Shown: one piece after another, positions 12,834 through 25,229 of the stretch | Position numbering within the stretch: position 1 is the stretch's first letter | Layout of the letters: each line of letters starts with the position of its first letter | Source: Phoronis australis | Lineage: Eukaryota; Animalia; Phoronida | Direction: 5' to 3' | NCBI GenBank assembly: GCA_002633005.1 | Contig: NMRA01000602.1 | Span: forward strand, 1 to 64,000 | Length of the DNA stretch: 64,000 bases | Translations under genes and position numbers: made by a program | Notes under the pieces: model-generated | Database searches by the model: none | What the model saw: the letters and a program-made list of their open reading frames with translations, nothing else | What the model was told of the DNA's origin: nothing

Positions 12834-13313
12834 CTGAAAAATATGAACTAGGTTACATGGTTATTGAGCGTGGAGTACGAAGTAAGGCTTCTGAAAGATC
12901 ACCGAATATCATTTCTTCTGGCTTTGATACTTTTGATTTGGACTGAAGACTGACTGATTCCCTCGAAAATTGCTTTTCCTATAGCCGGTGTTTCTAGATC
13001 ACAATTCCAAGTAGCTGGTCCAAGAGTCAGACGTGACACATCGAATCCAGTGATTAATTCATGACTTTACATGGAAAATTAAACTAAATGACAATTAGTC
13101 TTCTAAGACCTTATCTGCTATCCCAAACCCTATCAACGGACGCCCTCTGTTTGCCAATTCTGTATTCAACTGTTCAAATACTACTGTTGCGTCTCCCACG
13201 ACACTGCTGCTGGAAACTCTTTCTTCAAACTACAAATGTACACTACTGTTACTTCGCTGATTTCTATCGAAGCAAAAATCTCGAAAAAGGAAGCTAATGT
13301 GATACATGACTAC

Positions 13314-14547
13314 ATATTGGTAAACCGGTTGCTATCAGTAACTTCCCATAATAATTCCAGTAATACGCGCGCGCAGAGTACGTTATTGTCACGCCGTGAC
13401 AATAATCTTTCTAGTTCTTCTTCTTATTCTTCTTCCGATCAACTTCGAGGCTTAATAGCTCCAAAATGGGTGCAGGTATGTTCATTAAATTCTGCATGTA
13501 ATTTTGGCAGTACTTTTGTCATATAATCATATTCTATATTGCACCGGAAGACGTCATGTGGTGCAAAGGTCATATAATTTTTAAAATGCTAATTCTTCTT
13601 CATTTTTAAACTTATTCTTTTCAAATTCGGGGCACAGGTATAAGTCAATAAGGCAATTTCAAAATTACTTTTCTAAGTAATCGGGTTATCCAATCAGGTG
13701 AAATAGGTCAAAGGTCATTAGGTGCAAACTAAAATTTTGAGCTAGACACTTCAAATTGACAGATGTGATTGCCACAGGTAAATCAAATCGAAATCCAAAG
13801 TTTCAGGCCATTTAGTGCATTCTTCTTCAGAAAATTTGACCTTTTCAATCAGCAAGTATTCTGATGTGTCAACCGTTAGGCAACTGTGATTCTCAGCATT
13901 AAACACATTTTCTATTGGCTTTGCAATAATTCTCCTAAAGACGCTTATAATGCACCGCAAAGCGTCAATTAGTGCAAAGGTCATGTAACGTTCAAAATGT
14001 TCTATCTCTTACGTTTTTTAAGGAATTCTTTTCAATTTCAGCACACTGGTGTAAGTCAACATGCCAATTGAATACCCTACTTTACTTCGCAATAGGTCTA
14101 ACCAATCAGAAAAAATAGGTCAAAAGTCATAGAGTGCAAACTAAAATTTTGAGCTAGGGACTTCAGAATTACATATCTGCTTACTAAGTGCGATAGAGTT
14201 TGAATTCTAAATTTTCAGGTCATTAGGTGCATTTTTCTTCTGAAAGATTGACCACTTCATTCATCTTGTATTCTGAAGTGCTTAAAGTAAAACATCTGTA
14301 ATTATTAGCGTTAACCACACTTTTAATCGAGTTAACAATTACTCCATCATCGGGACTCATAATGCACCGAAAGAGGTCAATTAGTGGAAAGGTCATCAGA
14401 AAATTAATATGAAATTTCTCCTACAATTTTAAAGAGTTCCTTTTTATATTGGTAAATGGGTTGCTGTCAGTAACTTCCCAATAACAACTCCTTTAATACG
14501 CACGCGCAGAGTCCATTATTGTCACGCCGTGACAATAATCTTTCTAG
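13314..14547 (+). mobile_element. Non-autonomous Helitron-like element with a duplicated 3' end and internal ~412-bp tandem repeats
   Basis: 13314-13414 is repeated at 14446-14547. Each copy ends in the perfect hairpin ttattgtcacg-c-cgtgacaataa followed by CTAG|T. The unit restarts with TC(TTC)n at 13416. gtgcaaaggtcat-like motifs occur at ~13561, 13973 and 14385. Confidence 0.65.
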
Positions 14548-15378
14548 TATCATTTGCTGCTATCTTCCACAAAACGTTCACCTTTGCCATGGACGAGGTC
14601 ATGCAACAATGTTTTCTTTGGAATTTTTTTTATTTATCACTCCCCTACGTGTGCTGCTGTCTCTTATCTTCAGTGTTCAGATCTGGCACACAACTGCCAC
14701 CTTCGTCCGCCTACGCTGATTAGTTAGGTAACGTTCCACCATGCAGACGTCATGCACCACTCGTGAGGCGATTGACGTGGAGAAAGAACCTTTGGCAGAT
14801 TAGTGGCAAGTGCAAGTTCCCCTAAGTTCAACTTGAGCTTGTTTCATTGGCCGTGTGGACACAGGTAAATCTTAATCAATCCAAACCAGGAGGCAGAGGA
14901 TAAAAGCTCTTAACACATATGGGAGATTACGCAGTTTTGCGGGAACAATTTAGTACAATGAATCTGTCGGCTCCGCAACGCCGGGAGGAATATTTCAGCG
15001 AATTTCCAGAACTTTTCATTTGTGATTCACGCGTTACCTAGGCCCTACTTGGTTTGGACAAATGACCATATCCAGCATGTCCTATGTCACAAATGTTGTC
15101 GTAAAATTGAATTTCAATTGAGATCAACCAGGTCACAAAAATATGACATTTTCATTCTTTTGAAAAGGGTGGAATCTCAGTTTCAACTTTAGGCCTTTCG
15201 ATTTCACTCCAGTCTCATTTTACGAGCACGTTTTTGAACGTACATGTAGTTGCACTTAAGGTACATGGAGGACAAATTATGGGTTCAATGTTTGATAGGC
15301 TAATTAGGTCATATTGTTTTATTATATTTAAACAATAAATGTGTTGGAAATTCAACTTAAAGCATTCCATCATCGTAC

Positions 15379-15502
15379 CAGGAAAGTATTCCGAGTATAT
15401 GCTGGCTTTGGAAAATTTGGGATGATTGGACATTTCCGCGTATATATAGGGTGTACCCTGATGCCCGGCGTCAGGACCAGTGCCTTGCGTTGGCGTGGGA
15501 CC
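15379..15502 (-). CDS. MAM-domain gene, exon 4 (GPTPTQGTGPDAGHQGTPYIYAEMSNHPKFSKASIYSEYFP)
   Basis: tttccag acceptor, G|gtacg donor, 124 nt, phase 0-1. Matches the MAM pattern TPxxxTGPxxxH...YxYxE. Confidence 0.85.
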
Positions 15503-16063
15503 CTGGAAATAGTTGAGAGTAACAGTGAGTCTTGCACAAATATTAGCAAAGACTCCTTACACACAATGTTTTTTCTTACCATTATATCATTTATATCTCC
15601 AAATACAAAATGTATTACAGGTCTGTGATTTTCGTTAACTCACAAATGCCTGTTCAGTGAAACACACGTTGTCCGGAAATCCAAGCACGCCTTAAAGACT
15701 TCGTGCTTACTTATTCAACGTACTATTGAAAGCATAACGCTCAGACTCAATTTCAGTGTACATAAACACATTCAAATGGCATGTACAGAAATAATTCCTC
15801 AAAAACATTTGCATAGTATATCGCAACCCATTACAACAGTACAGAATATCACACAAACATGAAATGAAGCCTAAACAACAAGTTAATAATAAAGAAACCG
15901 AGATCAAGGCACATATTTGGTCATGACGGAGTCGTTAATTACAACAGAGAATGTTTTTTCGAGAAACAATTAAAACTTGTGCACGATCAAGCCTGAATTT
16001 ACTGTAAACTGATATTACATGATTTCTGGAGAGCAAGCTACTTCATTGTGAAGGTTGTCTTAC

Positions 16064-16155
16064 GTTATGTGGTGTCCAGTCGAAGTCGTCATTGGTCGCT
16101 TGTTTCCACCCGCAGATGTTACCCTTGTCGAAGGTGCACGTTATGCTATAGTCAC
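16064..16155 (-). CDS. MAM-domain gene, exon 3 (GDYSITCTFDKGNICGWKQATNDDFDWTPHN)
   Basis: tttccag acceptor, AAC|gtaag donor. Canonical MAM start CxF(D/E)xxxxCGWxQxxxDDFDW. Confidence 0.9.
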
Positions 16156-17190
16156 CTGGAAACAAAAACTACATGTACAATGTCAAGTTTCACTTCGTCG
16201 TGTTTGACTGCTCAGAATACCCACATTAAAGTTACACATCTTGAGTTCCCATGCACGTCGTGATACTGCGAGAGAGGTCGAATAGTGGTTATGAGGGACT
16301 CGTTGAGAGCTTTCATAGATGCCCAAACTCAGTGCAAAGACTGTCTATATACTTAAAAGTACAACTAAATGTGTCAACTTGAAGACCTTCCTTGACGAGA
16401 ATCGCGTGACCTCCTCTGCTGATGTGAAACTTAGCTAGGCCCCTGTTTTAAGTCTTAAGTTTCTCATTGGATACAATTTTTTCGTTTGAGTCCCCTGCCT
16501 GCAAGTCATGTAGGCAAGTACAGTATTCTTGATATACCTCTCAATTAATTAAACTAAAAGTTAAGTCTAATCTTCATATTGATAACATAGTATTATCAGG
16601 CAACAACGCAATATTTAGAGAAGCATGGGTAACCAGTGAACAGATGGGCTGGTTATACTACTAGCAAAGCAACGTAACTGGCTACGGTAAACGATTTGTT
16701 AAATTAATGCAATTCAGAAAAAAATATCCAGGCAAGGGATCAAACCTATTTTACAATATTTTTGGGTCACTTCTCTGAAACATAATGAGTATACTTTCAA
16801 CTGTGTTACGTCTCATGGCAATTAACTTTAAGAGCTTTAAGGTTGTACAAGCTCCTTGTAACCTTTCCTACGAAAACTGTCAAGCCCGCATTGTTTGGGC
16901 ACTTGTGCAAGCGGAGTTTGTCGTGCGTACTAAAAGACTTAAAATATGCTTGTGCAAATAAATATTCCGTGATTAAATGAGCATTTGTAGTCATCTCTGT
17001 GTAAGAAAATGAGATAACTGACAATGATTCTTTGGAAGGTAATCAATTTCAACCTCGTAGTAGATTATTAACAGCTTCCAGCCAACAGATATATGCAGAC
17101 GCTCCAATCTTGTGGGTTGAAGACATCCGGGACATTCAAAAATTTTGATCACCTTCAATCTTTGATGACATCACTCCAACAAGTACTTAC

Positions 17191-17209
17191 CAAGTGTTGC
17201 GCCTCGTTT
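17191..17209 (-). CDS. MAM-domain gene, 19-nt microexon 2 (KRGATL-G)
   Basis: ttttttctcgcag acceptor and G|gtaagt donor. It converts the phase 0 of exon 1 to the phase 1 needed by exon 3. Confidence 0.65.
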
Positions 17210-17550
17210 CTGCGAGAAAAAAAACATAGTACAGTTTTTGTTTATACCAGATAAAACAAGCGAATAACAACAGGGACAGGAGTAAACACGTTACAGGATT
17301 AGACTTTTGAGGTTATGGTTTTGTATGGTTTACATATCATATGATGTATAATAAGTATGTTGTATAGGACAGGGATGGTCTGATAGGGAGTGTTTGAATA
17401 ATTTGATGTTTTTACTTGAAGTGGGAGCTAGACAGTTCTTTTAGAGCGGAATGAGGAAAATACGTATTTTGAAGAGAGTGTACTGAGTTGGAGAACAGGT
17501 TTTATTAACTCGTAATGGTCACCTGAAATTTTCCAGTTGAAATTCACAGG

Positions 17551-18211
17551 CAGTGCTGTAGTGGTGAAATTAGAGGTAAGTAGGCGCCAAAAGCCCATCG
17601 TATCGCCTTGAGCGCTGGATTTTAATAGTGTATTGAACTCGCAAAAACCTGACTCACCAACATGTATGCCTATATTTTGACTTACGAGTGGGTATTTACA
17701 TAGAGTCTTGATTGTCGGAGAAAAAGGTCTGATCACAAATATTTGAAAGCAAAGGTCCGCGTGCATTCCAAGCGGTCTATGAAGGGGGCCGAAGCACAAT
17801 TACAGTATAAAGGAAAATAGGAGTGTAACGCTGGCAGCGACTTTTAGTCGCCCGTGGAGTGTCTCCTCGGGGCCCACCATAACTGTTTCTTTGTCTTGAA
17901 ATATTAATGAAAATTCCATTACTCGGCGAGCATACATGTATGCCTGGTGATCGGCAACAATGCTGCCGTCAGCGAGGCGCATTGAAGCCGTAAGCTCTCG
18001 CATCGAGACCACGCTCCACAATATAACATGTATCGTCACTTACGGCGCGTAGGCGCTATGTTAAAATGAAAAAAAAGTTAAAGGTGGTTGGCTGCAACTA
18101 CGTGCGCTTACGCCCCACTATGTACAGTAACTTACGGTGGGTAGACGCTAAGTTGAAAAGCAAAAGGTGGTTGGCTGCGCCTACGTGCGCCTACACCCCA
18201 CCACAGCACTG
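17551..18211 (+). mobile_element. hAT-type MITE nested in the Gypsy gag
   Basis: TIRs cagtgctgtagtgg / ccaccacagcactg. Degenerate 8-bp TSD ttcacagg/ttaacggg. Short relatives at 54734-54895 and 55761-55922. Confidence 0.7.
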
Positions 18212-19272
18212 TTAACGGGGTTGGTACAGAAAAAGATGAGAGTGTTCATGAGTGGGTTATAAGATGTCGAGTATGGCGAGCAAAGCATTCAAGGGGGTTC
18301 CAGGGGAATATATGATGAAGCAGGCAATATTGAGGTTGTGTTATGGATAATGTGACAAGGAAGCGGGTTTGAATGCGGCTATGATACAGTCGAGTACTCT
18401 GGAAGCGCTAGGCTGTGTTGATGTTGCAGACGCGAGGCAAGCTAAACAAGCAATATTTGGTAAAAGTGAACCTTGCATGGTCAGAGATGTCCCGAAAATT
18501 CAGATGGTGAGGAGGTTACGGAAAAGATTTTAAGACAGTTGGAAGAGTTAAAGCAAAAGATTAATTCTTCTGGTAGATCTAAAAATAGCTTTACATGTGG
18601 TAAGGTGGAGCATTTCAGTCGTGAGTGTCCTCAGAATCGGATGAAAAGTGGTTTTAAGGAAACTCGGGGTCAGTTATGTGATAAAGTTGCTCATAAGGCG
18701 AAAGAGCTTAGGTCAAGGTCTGCTAGCAAGTGTGGAGGTTCCGGGAAAGGAGGATCAGGTTTACGGTGTTTCTTGTGTGGGATGGAAGGTCATATGGCGA
18801 AGGAGTGTCAGAGATTAAATAGGAATGGTGAGATTTTACGTCGTACGCGTAAGGAGTCGAACGGCAGTGGGGATGAGAGTAGTAAAGGTGGAAGGAATGG
18901 TTATTTCGAAAGACAGAGAGTAACAGAAGGAGTGGCAAAGATGATTGTGGTAGTAGTGGTGATTTGAACAGCACGGGATTGGAGAATTAGCCCGATATTC
19001 AATCCACTTTAGTGGTCTGGTCAAGAGAACTGAGATCGATGTGATTGGGTGGAGAGGTATGAGGGTTGTCAGCAGGACAGATAGTGTGAAGTTGGAGATA
19101 GAAAGGGTAAGTGTTGATAAAACGTGTTTTGTGCAGTTGGTGGTTGGGGACAAGAAGTGTCCGGCGGTATTGGATTGTATTGCTCAAGTTACGGTAATGT
19201 CTGATAAGCTGTAAGACTAAGATTGTTCAAGCGGTTAGGATGAGTACATCGGAGAGAGATTTGGAGGTGGGT

Positions 19273-19418
19273 GGTTATATTGCTGTGCTAGTTACTCTTT
19301 GCATGGGTATAAAGGTATATGGTAACAGGTTATATTGCTGTGATAGTTACTCTTTGCATGGGTATAAAGGTATATGGTAACAGGTTATATTGCTGTGATA
19401 GATTCTCTTTGCATGGGT
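19273..19418. repeat. 55-bp tandem repeat, ~2.6 copies
   Basis: ggttatattgctgtg starts at 19273, 19328 and 19383. Confidence 0.9.
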
Positions 19419-21872
19419 TGAATGGTAGAGGATAGCAGGTTCTATGTGACACCGATTGAGGATGATATGCTATTGGGGTTAGATGTGATCAAGAGGGATG
19501 GGTTGATGTTAGATTTCTAGAATTTGGTGGTGGAAGATGGTAGGCATTCTTGTCTGATGTTTAACGGAGGTCTTGAACAGGTAGTAGGAGATAAAAAGAC
19601 AACTTCATTTAAACGTGTGGTAGATCATCCGACGCCTATTAGGGCGGTTCGTTGTAAAGTGAGTGGTTATAGTGGTGTTGGATGAACTCAGTTAAGGAGT
19701 CCGGTGTTATGGTCCGGCATAAGCCCTGTGTGGATGAATCGGGTAAGATATGGGTGCACAGAGTGAAATTCGCTAATGTGTCTAAGGTGATGAGAGCTAA
19801 TGCAGTGGTAGCTATAGTCGAGTTCTCGGATGGTGCTCATGTTGTCGTATGCCTGATTGAGGTTCAGGGGGAGATAAATAGAGTTTCAAAACATATTAGG
19901 GAGTTGTAAGTTAAGTCTCTGGCGGGCATGGCAGCTGAAGATGCGTCGAAGGCTAAAGAACTGTTGTTACAGTATCAAGATGTCTTTGCCAAGAGCGATT
20001 TTGATTTGGGTAGTAAGCTACATGGGGAGGGGGGGGGGGGGGNNNNNNNNNNNNNNNNNNNTGATTCTATGCTAATTGAATTAAGGATGCGGTGGACCCC
20101 TACAGAGTTCGTGAATAAAGAAAAAGCACACTTAAAGAAAGTGTTGGAGGCAGGGATTATCCTGTGTTATTACATGTATAACGAAGAGGAATGCTTCGAC
20201 TACAGTGAGTTGAATAAGATGACTAAGAGGGACACTACTTCTCTGCCGCTTCTAGAAGAATGTATTGATTCGATGGCAGCTAACATCCATCTTGTCAGTC
20301 AGCTGTTTGTCAAATTACTGTGAGCGCATGCGCGCATTCATCATGAGTGAGAGGGAGATTAGATAACTCTGTCGTGTTTTTTTGAGCGCGTATTTCAAAC
20401 ATCGAGAACTCTTGAATTTTTTTCTGGAAATTCCCTCACAGGGAAAAGTAAATGAACCTGTAGCAGACATTGCTAGATGGTATTTTGGTCAGAAATTGTT
20501 TAAAAGAATTTTTGTCAAGCTTTCTTGTTCAATGGCTCTTTAAGGCGATAAATACGTGACTTGATAGGCAAGCCGGTGCTAGATTTGCGCTGAGGTACTT
20601 CATGGAACACTAATTATATGTTATATAACGTATGTGACAATAACTGTGTGTTTTTATATCCCAATACGTGATATGCAAGCCGATTTGAACACGGGCGTAT
20701 CATACATATCGCATGAACTATTTTTAAGACGCACATTTACCCCAACCTTTAAAGAGCTGAATGGCAGATCTGTTAATACATGTACATTGTATGTCGTTGA
20801 AGAATTGCGAAAAAAAATGAACTAATAATGTATGTTTCAATTTCATGTAAAATGTCAGCAATTATAAACTAATGAACATACGGAACACTGAATGAACGGA
20901 ACTTCAAATAACGAAATAACAGACAAATATCCTTCTGTCACTACCGGACCGGCAGCAGGTTGAGCAGATGACCACTACAAGACAACGTTGTGCTAAAGAA
21001 TATAGTTACTCAGAAAAATTTCATTGAATTAAGAAAATAACATAAAACAAAACTTGTTATATCTATTAACAATTTTATTTGCTTATATTGACTAAATACA
21101 ACACGGATAGGACCCGGAGGTTGTGATTTCGTGTTTAGGGTACTAATTTGTTTGCAATAGCAGCGACTCTTCATGACTAGTTGGCCAAATGAGATCGCTG
21201 TATCGTGTAGATTGCGCTATTGCGTTCTTTTTCACCTTAATTTTCATCAAATTTGCTGAAAGTAAAATGTTAGTTAGTATTGGTGGATATATTCACGATT
21301 TGTGCCATCTATTTGGTTAATTGTCATTTGTAAGGTGTTTTTCAATTATTCGTGACACCATCACCAGAACAGAATTGTGACCCGTGAGTGGTACTATATA
21401 GGGGGCTGTTTCGTATCAAACTTTCGCATACTAAAACACTGCAAGGAATTGCTGTGAATTGATTCACTTTAGTATTGGGAAAAGCAGAAGATATGATCTT
21501 TAAATTGTATATAATGAAAACGAAATGATAACTAAAAAAAAAAAAAAAACTACGACAGCGCATTTGAGGCCCCATTTTGATCAGTGATCTAAGCACAATT
21601 TCCCACTGTTGTTAATATGCTTTTACCACAAATTATATTGATATGTCATGGCTTCATAATCCACTAAAACATATTGTTATAAAGTCAAAAATAGATTTTG
21701 CCAAGTTTTCATCTTTTAGGAAACACATACACTTCTTGACTATGTTGTTTTTTACATATTTGGCTGCACCAATAGTGTCAATGAAGCTCTATACAAAACC
21801 GTTCGCAATATCCAATCATGACGTCTGCAAGCTGGATTTTTAGTTTTACCATTTAGCCAAATTTTACCTCAC

Positions 21873-21980
21873 CTGGTCGCTGTTCCCACTTCGCTGATGC
21901 GTTTGGCCGGCAGAGACAGTGAGCAACACCACTGTTACAGCAACAAATTGGAACCACCGAGCTTGCGCCATTGCAAACAT
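21873..21980 (-). CDS. MAM-domain gene, exon 1 with signal peptide (MFAMAQARWFQFVAVTVVLLTVSAGQTHQRSGNSDQ)
   Basis: aaaATG start, hydrophobic core followed by VSAG, and CAG|gtgag donor. 108 nt, phase 0. Confidence 0.75.
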
Positions 21981-22249
21981 TTTGAGATATGATGTGCTGG
22001 ACGTGTTGGGTACGATTTAAATACACGTGACGGCACTTAGCGGTACTAATTAGGCAGACCAGACAGCCGACTAATACGGATAAATATTATTTATATGTTG
22101 ATGTCTAATTTACTAACAAAATCCTCGGCAGTCAACAACAATCCTCTTATCCAGCTACAAATAATGTCGGCAACGCCCCTGTTAAAAAATTGAACCACCT
22201 TGTGGTAAACAATGCCAACGTACTGGTTTGACATCTTCCTGTTCATATG

Positions 22250-22700
22250 AATTTCCTAAGTCGTTCAGTCAGGCATTCAGAAGGTCTACAGCTGTGATGA
22301 GCATCAACAACTCGAATTCTCCTACAAGGAAAACAACTCATTCATTTGTATAAAATCAGTTTGGCACAAGTTTAATAAAGTCTCTCCAAACTGTAAATGT
22401 GGTGACCATCAATCTTGTCATCATATTTTCTTCAAATGTCCCTTCATCAAATGCCAGAAGAACTCTGCATCTGTCGTGCACTCGATCAAAACCAATAAAT
22501 TCTTGTAATAAATATCTGCCGAACTTACACTATTATTCAGTAGTAGTCTGAACATCGACCTTTTTCTCCATGAATCCCCCTAAAGTAGTGTTAGCAAATT
22601 TTTATTCATTGCTTACAAATCTTGTAGCTTCATGTTTAAATACTTGCGCAATCCCTGTTTTTGTTCTTAAATTTGTTTGTAATGTAAATATTTGAATACT
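22250..22700 (+). mobile_element. Non-LTR retrotransposon 3' relic (C-terminal zinc knuckle)
   Basis: Broken frame reads HLYKISLA...SPNCKCGDHQSCHHIFFKCP, the Cys/His motif at the end of LINE ORF2. Confidence 0.5.
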
Positions 22701-22877
22701 TATTGTCTTATATACAACTTTCATCTATGCACTGTCTACAAACCAGATACAATTCCCCTAACTTTCCTAACACAGCGTGTAGAATCTCTTGTAAGACGTA
22801 TAAGACGTAAGAAGATCCTGCTTAACCCGTTATAAGTACAAGGTGTCCGCGAATTTATGTGCGTACACATTTTTATG

Positions 22878-22881
<4 letters not shown>

Positions 22882-22929
<48 letters not shown>

Positions 22930-22934
22930 TTATA
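22882..22934. repeat. (TA)n microsatellite inside the mariner 3' UTR
   Basis: Directly visible. Confidence 0.95.
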
Positions 22935-23207
22935 AAAACTAGAGAAGTTAGAAATTTAATACGGAAAACTACAATTCTCCATCCCTGCTGGCTACAAAGT
23001 AATCGTCATTTAGACAATATGCTCTAGATTGGAGCCGTTGTGCTGGAGACACACTTGGATTCTCCAAGCAAAGTGATTCATGAGCCTGCAGCACTCCTTT
23101 GATATTACTTCTCAGGTGTTTGCTTCCTTGAGATCTGGAATGGTCATGGATTTGTCCCTGTATAGCTTGTCATTCAGATATCCCCAAAAGTAAAAATCTG
23201 GGGGTTC

Positions 23208-24203
23208 CAGTGGCGGATCTAGGATATCACAAGGGGGGGCCAACATTTTGTCCGGCTGGAAGCATTTGCGCAAACTGAACCACGATTGTAAATGCGCATA
23301 GCACCGAATGGGGGGAGGTCGGTTTCCCCCCTCCCGCCCAGGAAATTTTTCTGTTTTTACCTCTAAAAATCAAGCATTTTCCTTGATTCCTGAAGTATTA
23401 TCCAAGAAAAAAAGGCGAAAAAAAAACACGGAGAACGTGTCAAACAGGAAAAAAATGCTAATGTCGAAGACTCGAACTCACGACCTTGCGGGTTGAGTGC
23501 GCGTACGTTACCACTACACCACCACGATTTAACTACAACTCCTTACTAAAAGACTTACTTGTTTATAGGCCACAGCGTTTGCGCGCGTAACCTACTTCTT
23601 TTTGTAATGCTTAGTACACGTTTTATATTTTGTGCCATCAATTCTTAACAAATTTGTCGTCTTTGAAATAGTCTTCAAATGCCCAAAAGACCAAATCCAT
23701 TTTTCGTGTTGGCAATAATGACGGGATTGCTTTGGAAACCGTCTTAAGATAAGGTTTGACAAAGAGAGTATTGCGAGTTTCTGAGTGATTCACTAAGGCT
23801 TCGAGTAAAATTTACATCTTACCAGCAGCTTCTGTTTTTTCATCGCCACTCAGGTTCCATTTTCTTTAAAAAATGAAGTAAATTTTCTTCATTGCACAGT
23901 GGAGCAGACGACGGAAACGGAGTCGTAGTGCACAGCGCCGCTGCCGGTCGCCTAGGATATCGCGGGAGATTCTATACTTAGCCATAGTTCCGTTACGAAC
24001 GCGCCGTGTTCCGAACTTGAAATTGGATTTGATCCCCCCCCCAACACTAAAACTGCACACATTTAAATCTTTTTCATCCGTATAATTTTAATTACCGGGG
24101 TTAATTAATAAACTCACCATTTCCCTCTTACTGTTTTATTTTTTTGGGGCAGCCAAGGGGGGGGGGGCCCGGGCCCCCTGGGCCCCCCCTAAATCCGCCT
24201 ATG
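23208..24203 (+). mobile_element. 996-bp TIR element, 5-bp TSD GGTTC, inserted in the mariner SPDL motif
   Basis: cagtggcggatctagg ... cctaaatccgcctatg. GGTTC at 23203-23207 and 24204-24208. Confidence 0.9.
23460..23527 (-). mobile_element. tRNA-derived (SINE-head-like) sequence inside the TIR element
   Basis: Minus strand has A-box-like tggtgtagtgg and B-box-like gagttcgagtc at tRNA spacing. The acceptor stem is not intact. Confidence 0.5.
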
Positions 24204-25229
24204 GGTTCAGATCAGGGAAAGTGGCGCCCATTCTGGATTACGATTATGGATGATGTGACGACACGGGAGCTTACTGTACAGCCAGTCTAGAGTGAAAGTG
24301 GCTGTATGAGGGGTGGCCCCATCCTGCTGGACCCAATGTATATTCCTATTCACCCTGTTTGCACCTCTTCTCCTATTTCTGACACCTAATTCTTCCCAAA
24401 AGCACCACCAGGTTGCGTGCTTTGGTTAACGGGGAGATTTTTGGGACTACGTCACACTGACTCTTGTACTCTAGCAATGTTTTCTGAAAAATCTTACAGT
24501 GAGTTTTCTGTCAACTCTGCTACGAGACTTCTCCCTCATACTAAAGCATTTGTTGTCCCTGCCGTCTAAAACTTCTTTATCCTGCGATAGATCTGCATTT
24601 TTGTGGGGTAGTTGTGATGATCGTATTTTTGGCGAAACTGAGCGATTGCACATTTGAAGCAGTTTCACTCAGCTTTTAACCACGCAGAATCAGAATTTTT
24701 TTATTCTTTGGTGAATGGCATTCATGATGGAGGACTGGGTTTCTTAACTTGTAGGCTCCTTCAATCTGACACAAACAGTCAAAATGTTAAAAAACAAACA
24801 AGTTAGAATCATTGTATTAGGTATCATAAATTCGTGGCCACCCCGTGCCTGGAGTATCAAATTTCCGCTCCATAACTTAAAATTAGATAATTTATACCAT
24901 TTGTCAAAAGCTTCACATAAAACTGTTACTGTTAACCCGTCACACAAATCTTTAAGTTGTTTGCACACATAGACAACCGGCTAATATTGATTCATTAATA
25001 CTTATTCGCTTGTTAAATGATTAGTATACGTGTCATGGCAGTAGATGACGCAATTAGGACCCGGAAATAAAAATACACATGTCGTCACACTGGGTCCAAA
25101 ACGTCACCTTACCAACATTTTAGAAATATTTGAGTCTCCCATTTTCTGTTCTATATCTTCTACTGCTGTGTGTGTCCTTTTCTATACAGCTCCATTGTTC
25201 GGCTCTGATGGTCGACTGTTGGTAGATTA

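Larger units (their letters stand above)
17300..20290 (+). mobile_element. Decayed Ty3/Gypsy LTR retrotransposon internal region (gag, CCHC knuckles, protease, start of RT) in intron 1 of the MAM gene
   Basis: gag-like GWSDRECLNNL...ESVHEW...CDKEAG; knuckles FTCGKVEHFSREC and CFLCGMEGHMAKEC; protease-like PAVLD; RT start LLLQYQDVFAKSDFDLG...DYSELNKMTKRD...LPLLEECIDS. Many stops and no LTRs seen. Confidence 0.85.
22839..24845 (-). mobile_element. Decayed Tc1/mariner-superfamily transposon, DD41D-like
   Basis: TIRs TA|caaggtgtccgcgaatttatg and cataaattcgtggccaccccg. Minus-strand WVQQDGATPHTA...PEWAPxSPDLxPPDFYFWGYL...LQHNGSNLEHIV*, with about 41 aa between the last two Asp once the frameshift is repaired. 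N-terminus MPFTKE lies near 24720. Confidence 0.85.

Noticed and set aside
12361-12851. YIYIYI ORFs (also 46365-46761)
   Set aside because: Translations of (TA)n microsatellites.
13540-14400. Regular repeats as a CRISPR array (also 19273-19418 and 43705-43827)
   Set aside because: Whole units repeat without unique spacers, there are no cas genes and the context is eukaryotic.
23460-23527. Functional tRNA gene
   Set aside because: A and B boxes are present but the acceptor and anticodon stems do not close, and it lies inside a TE.
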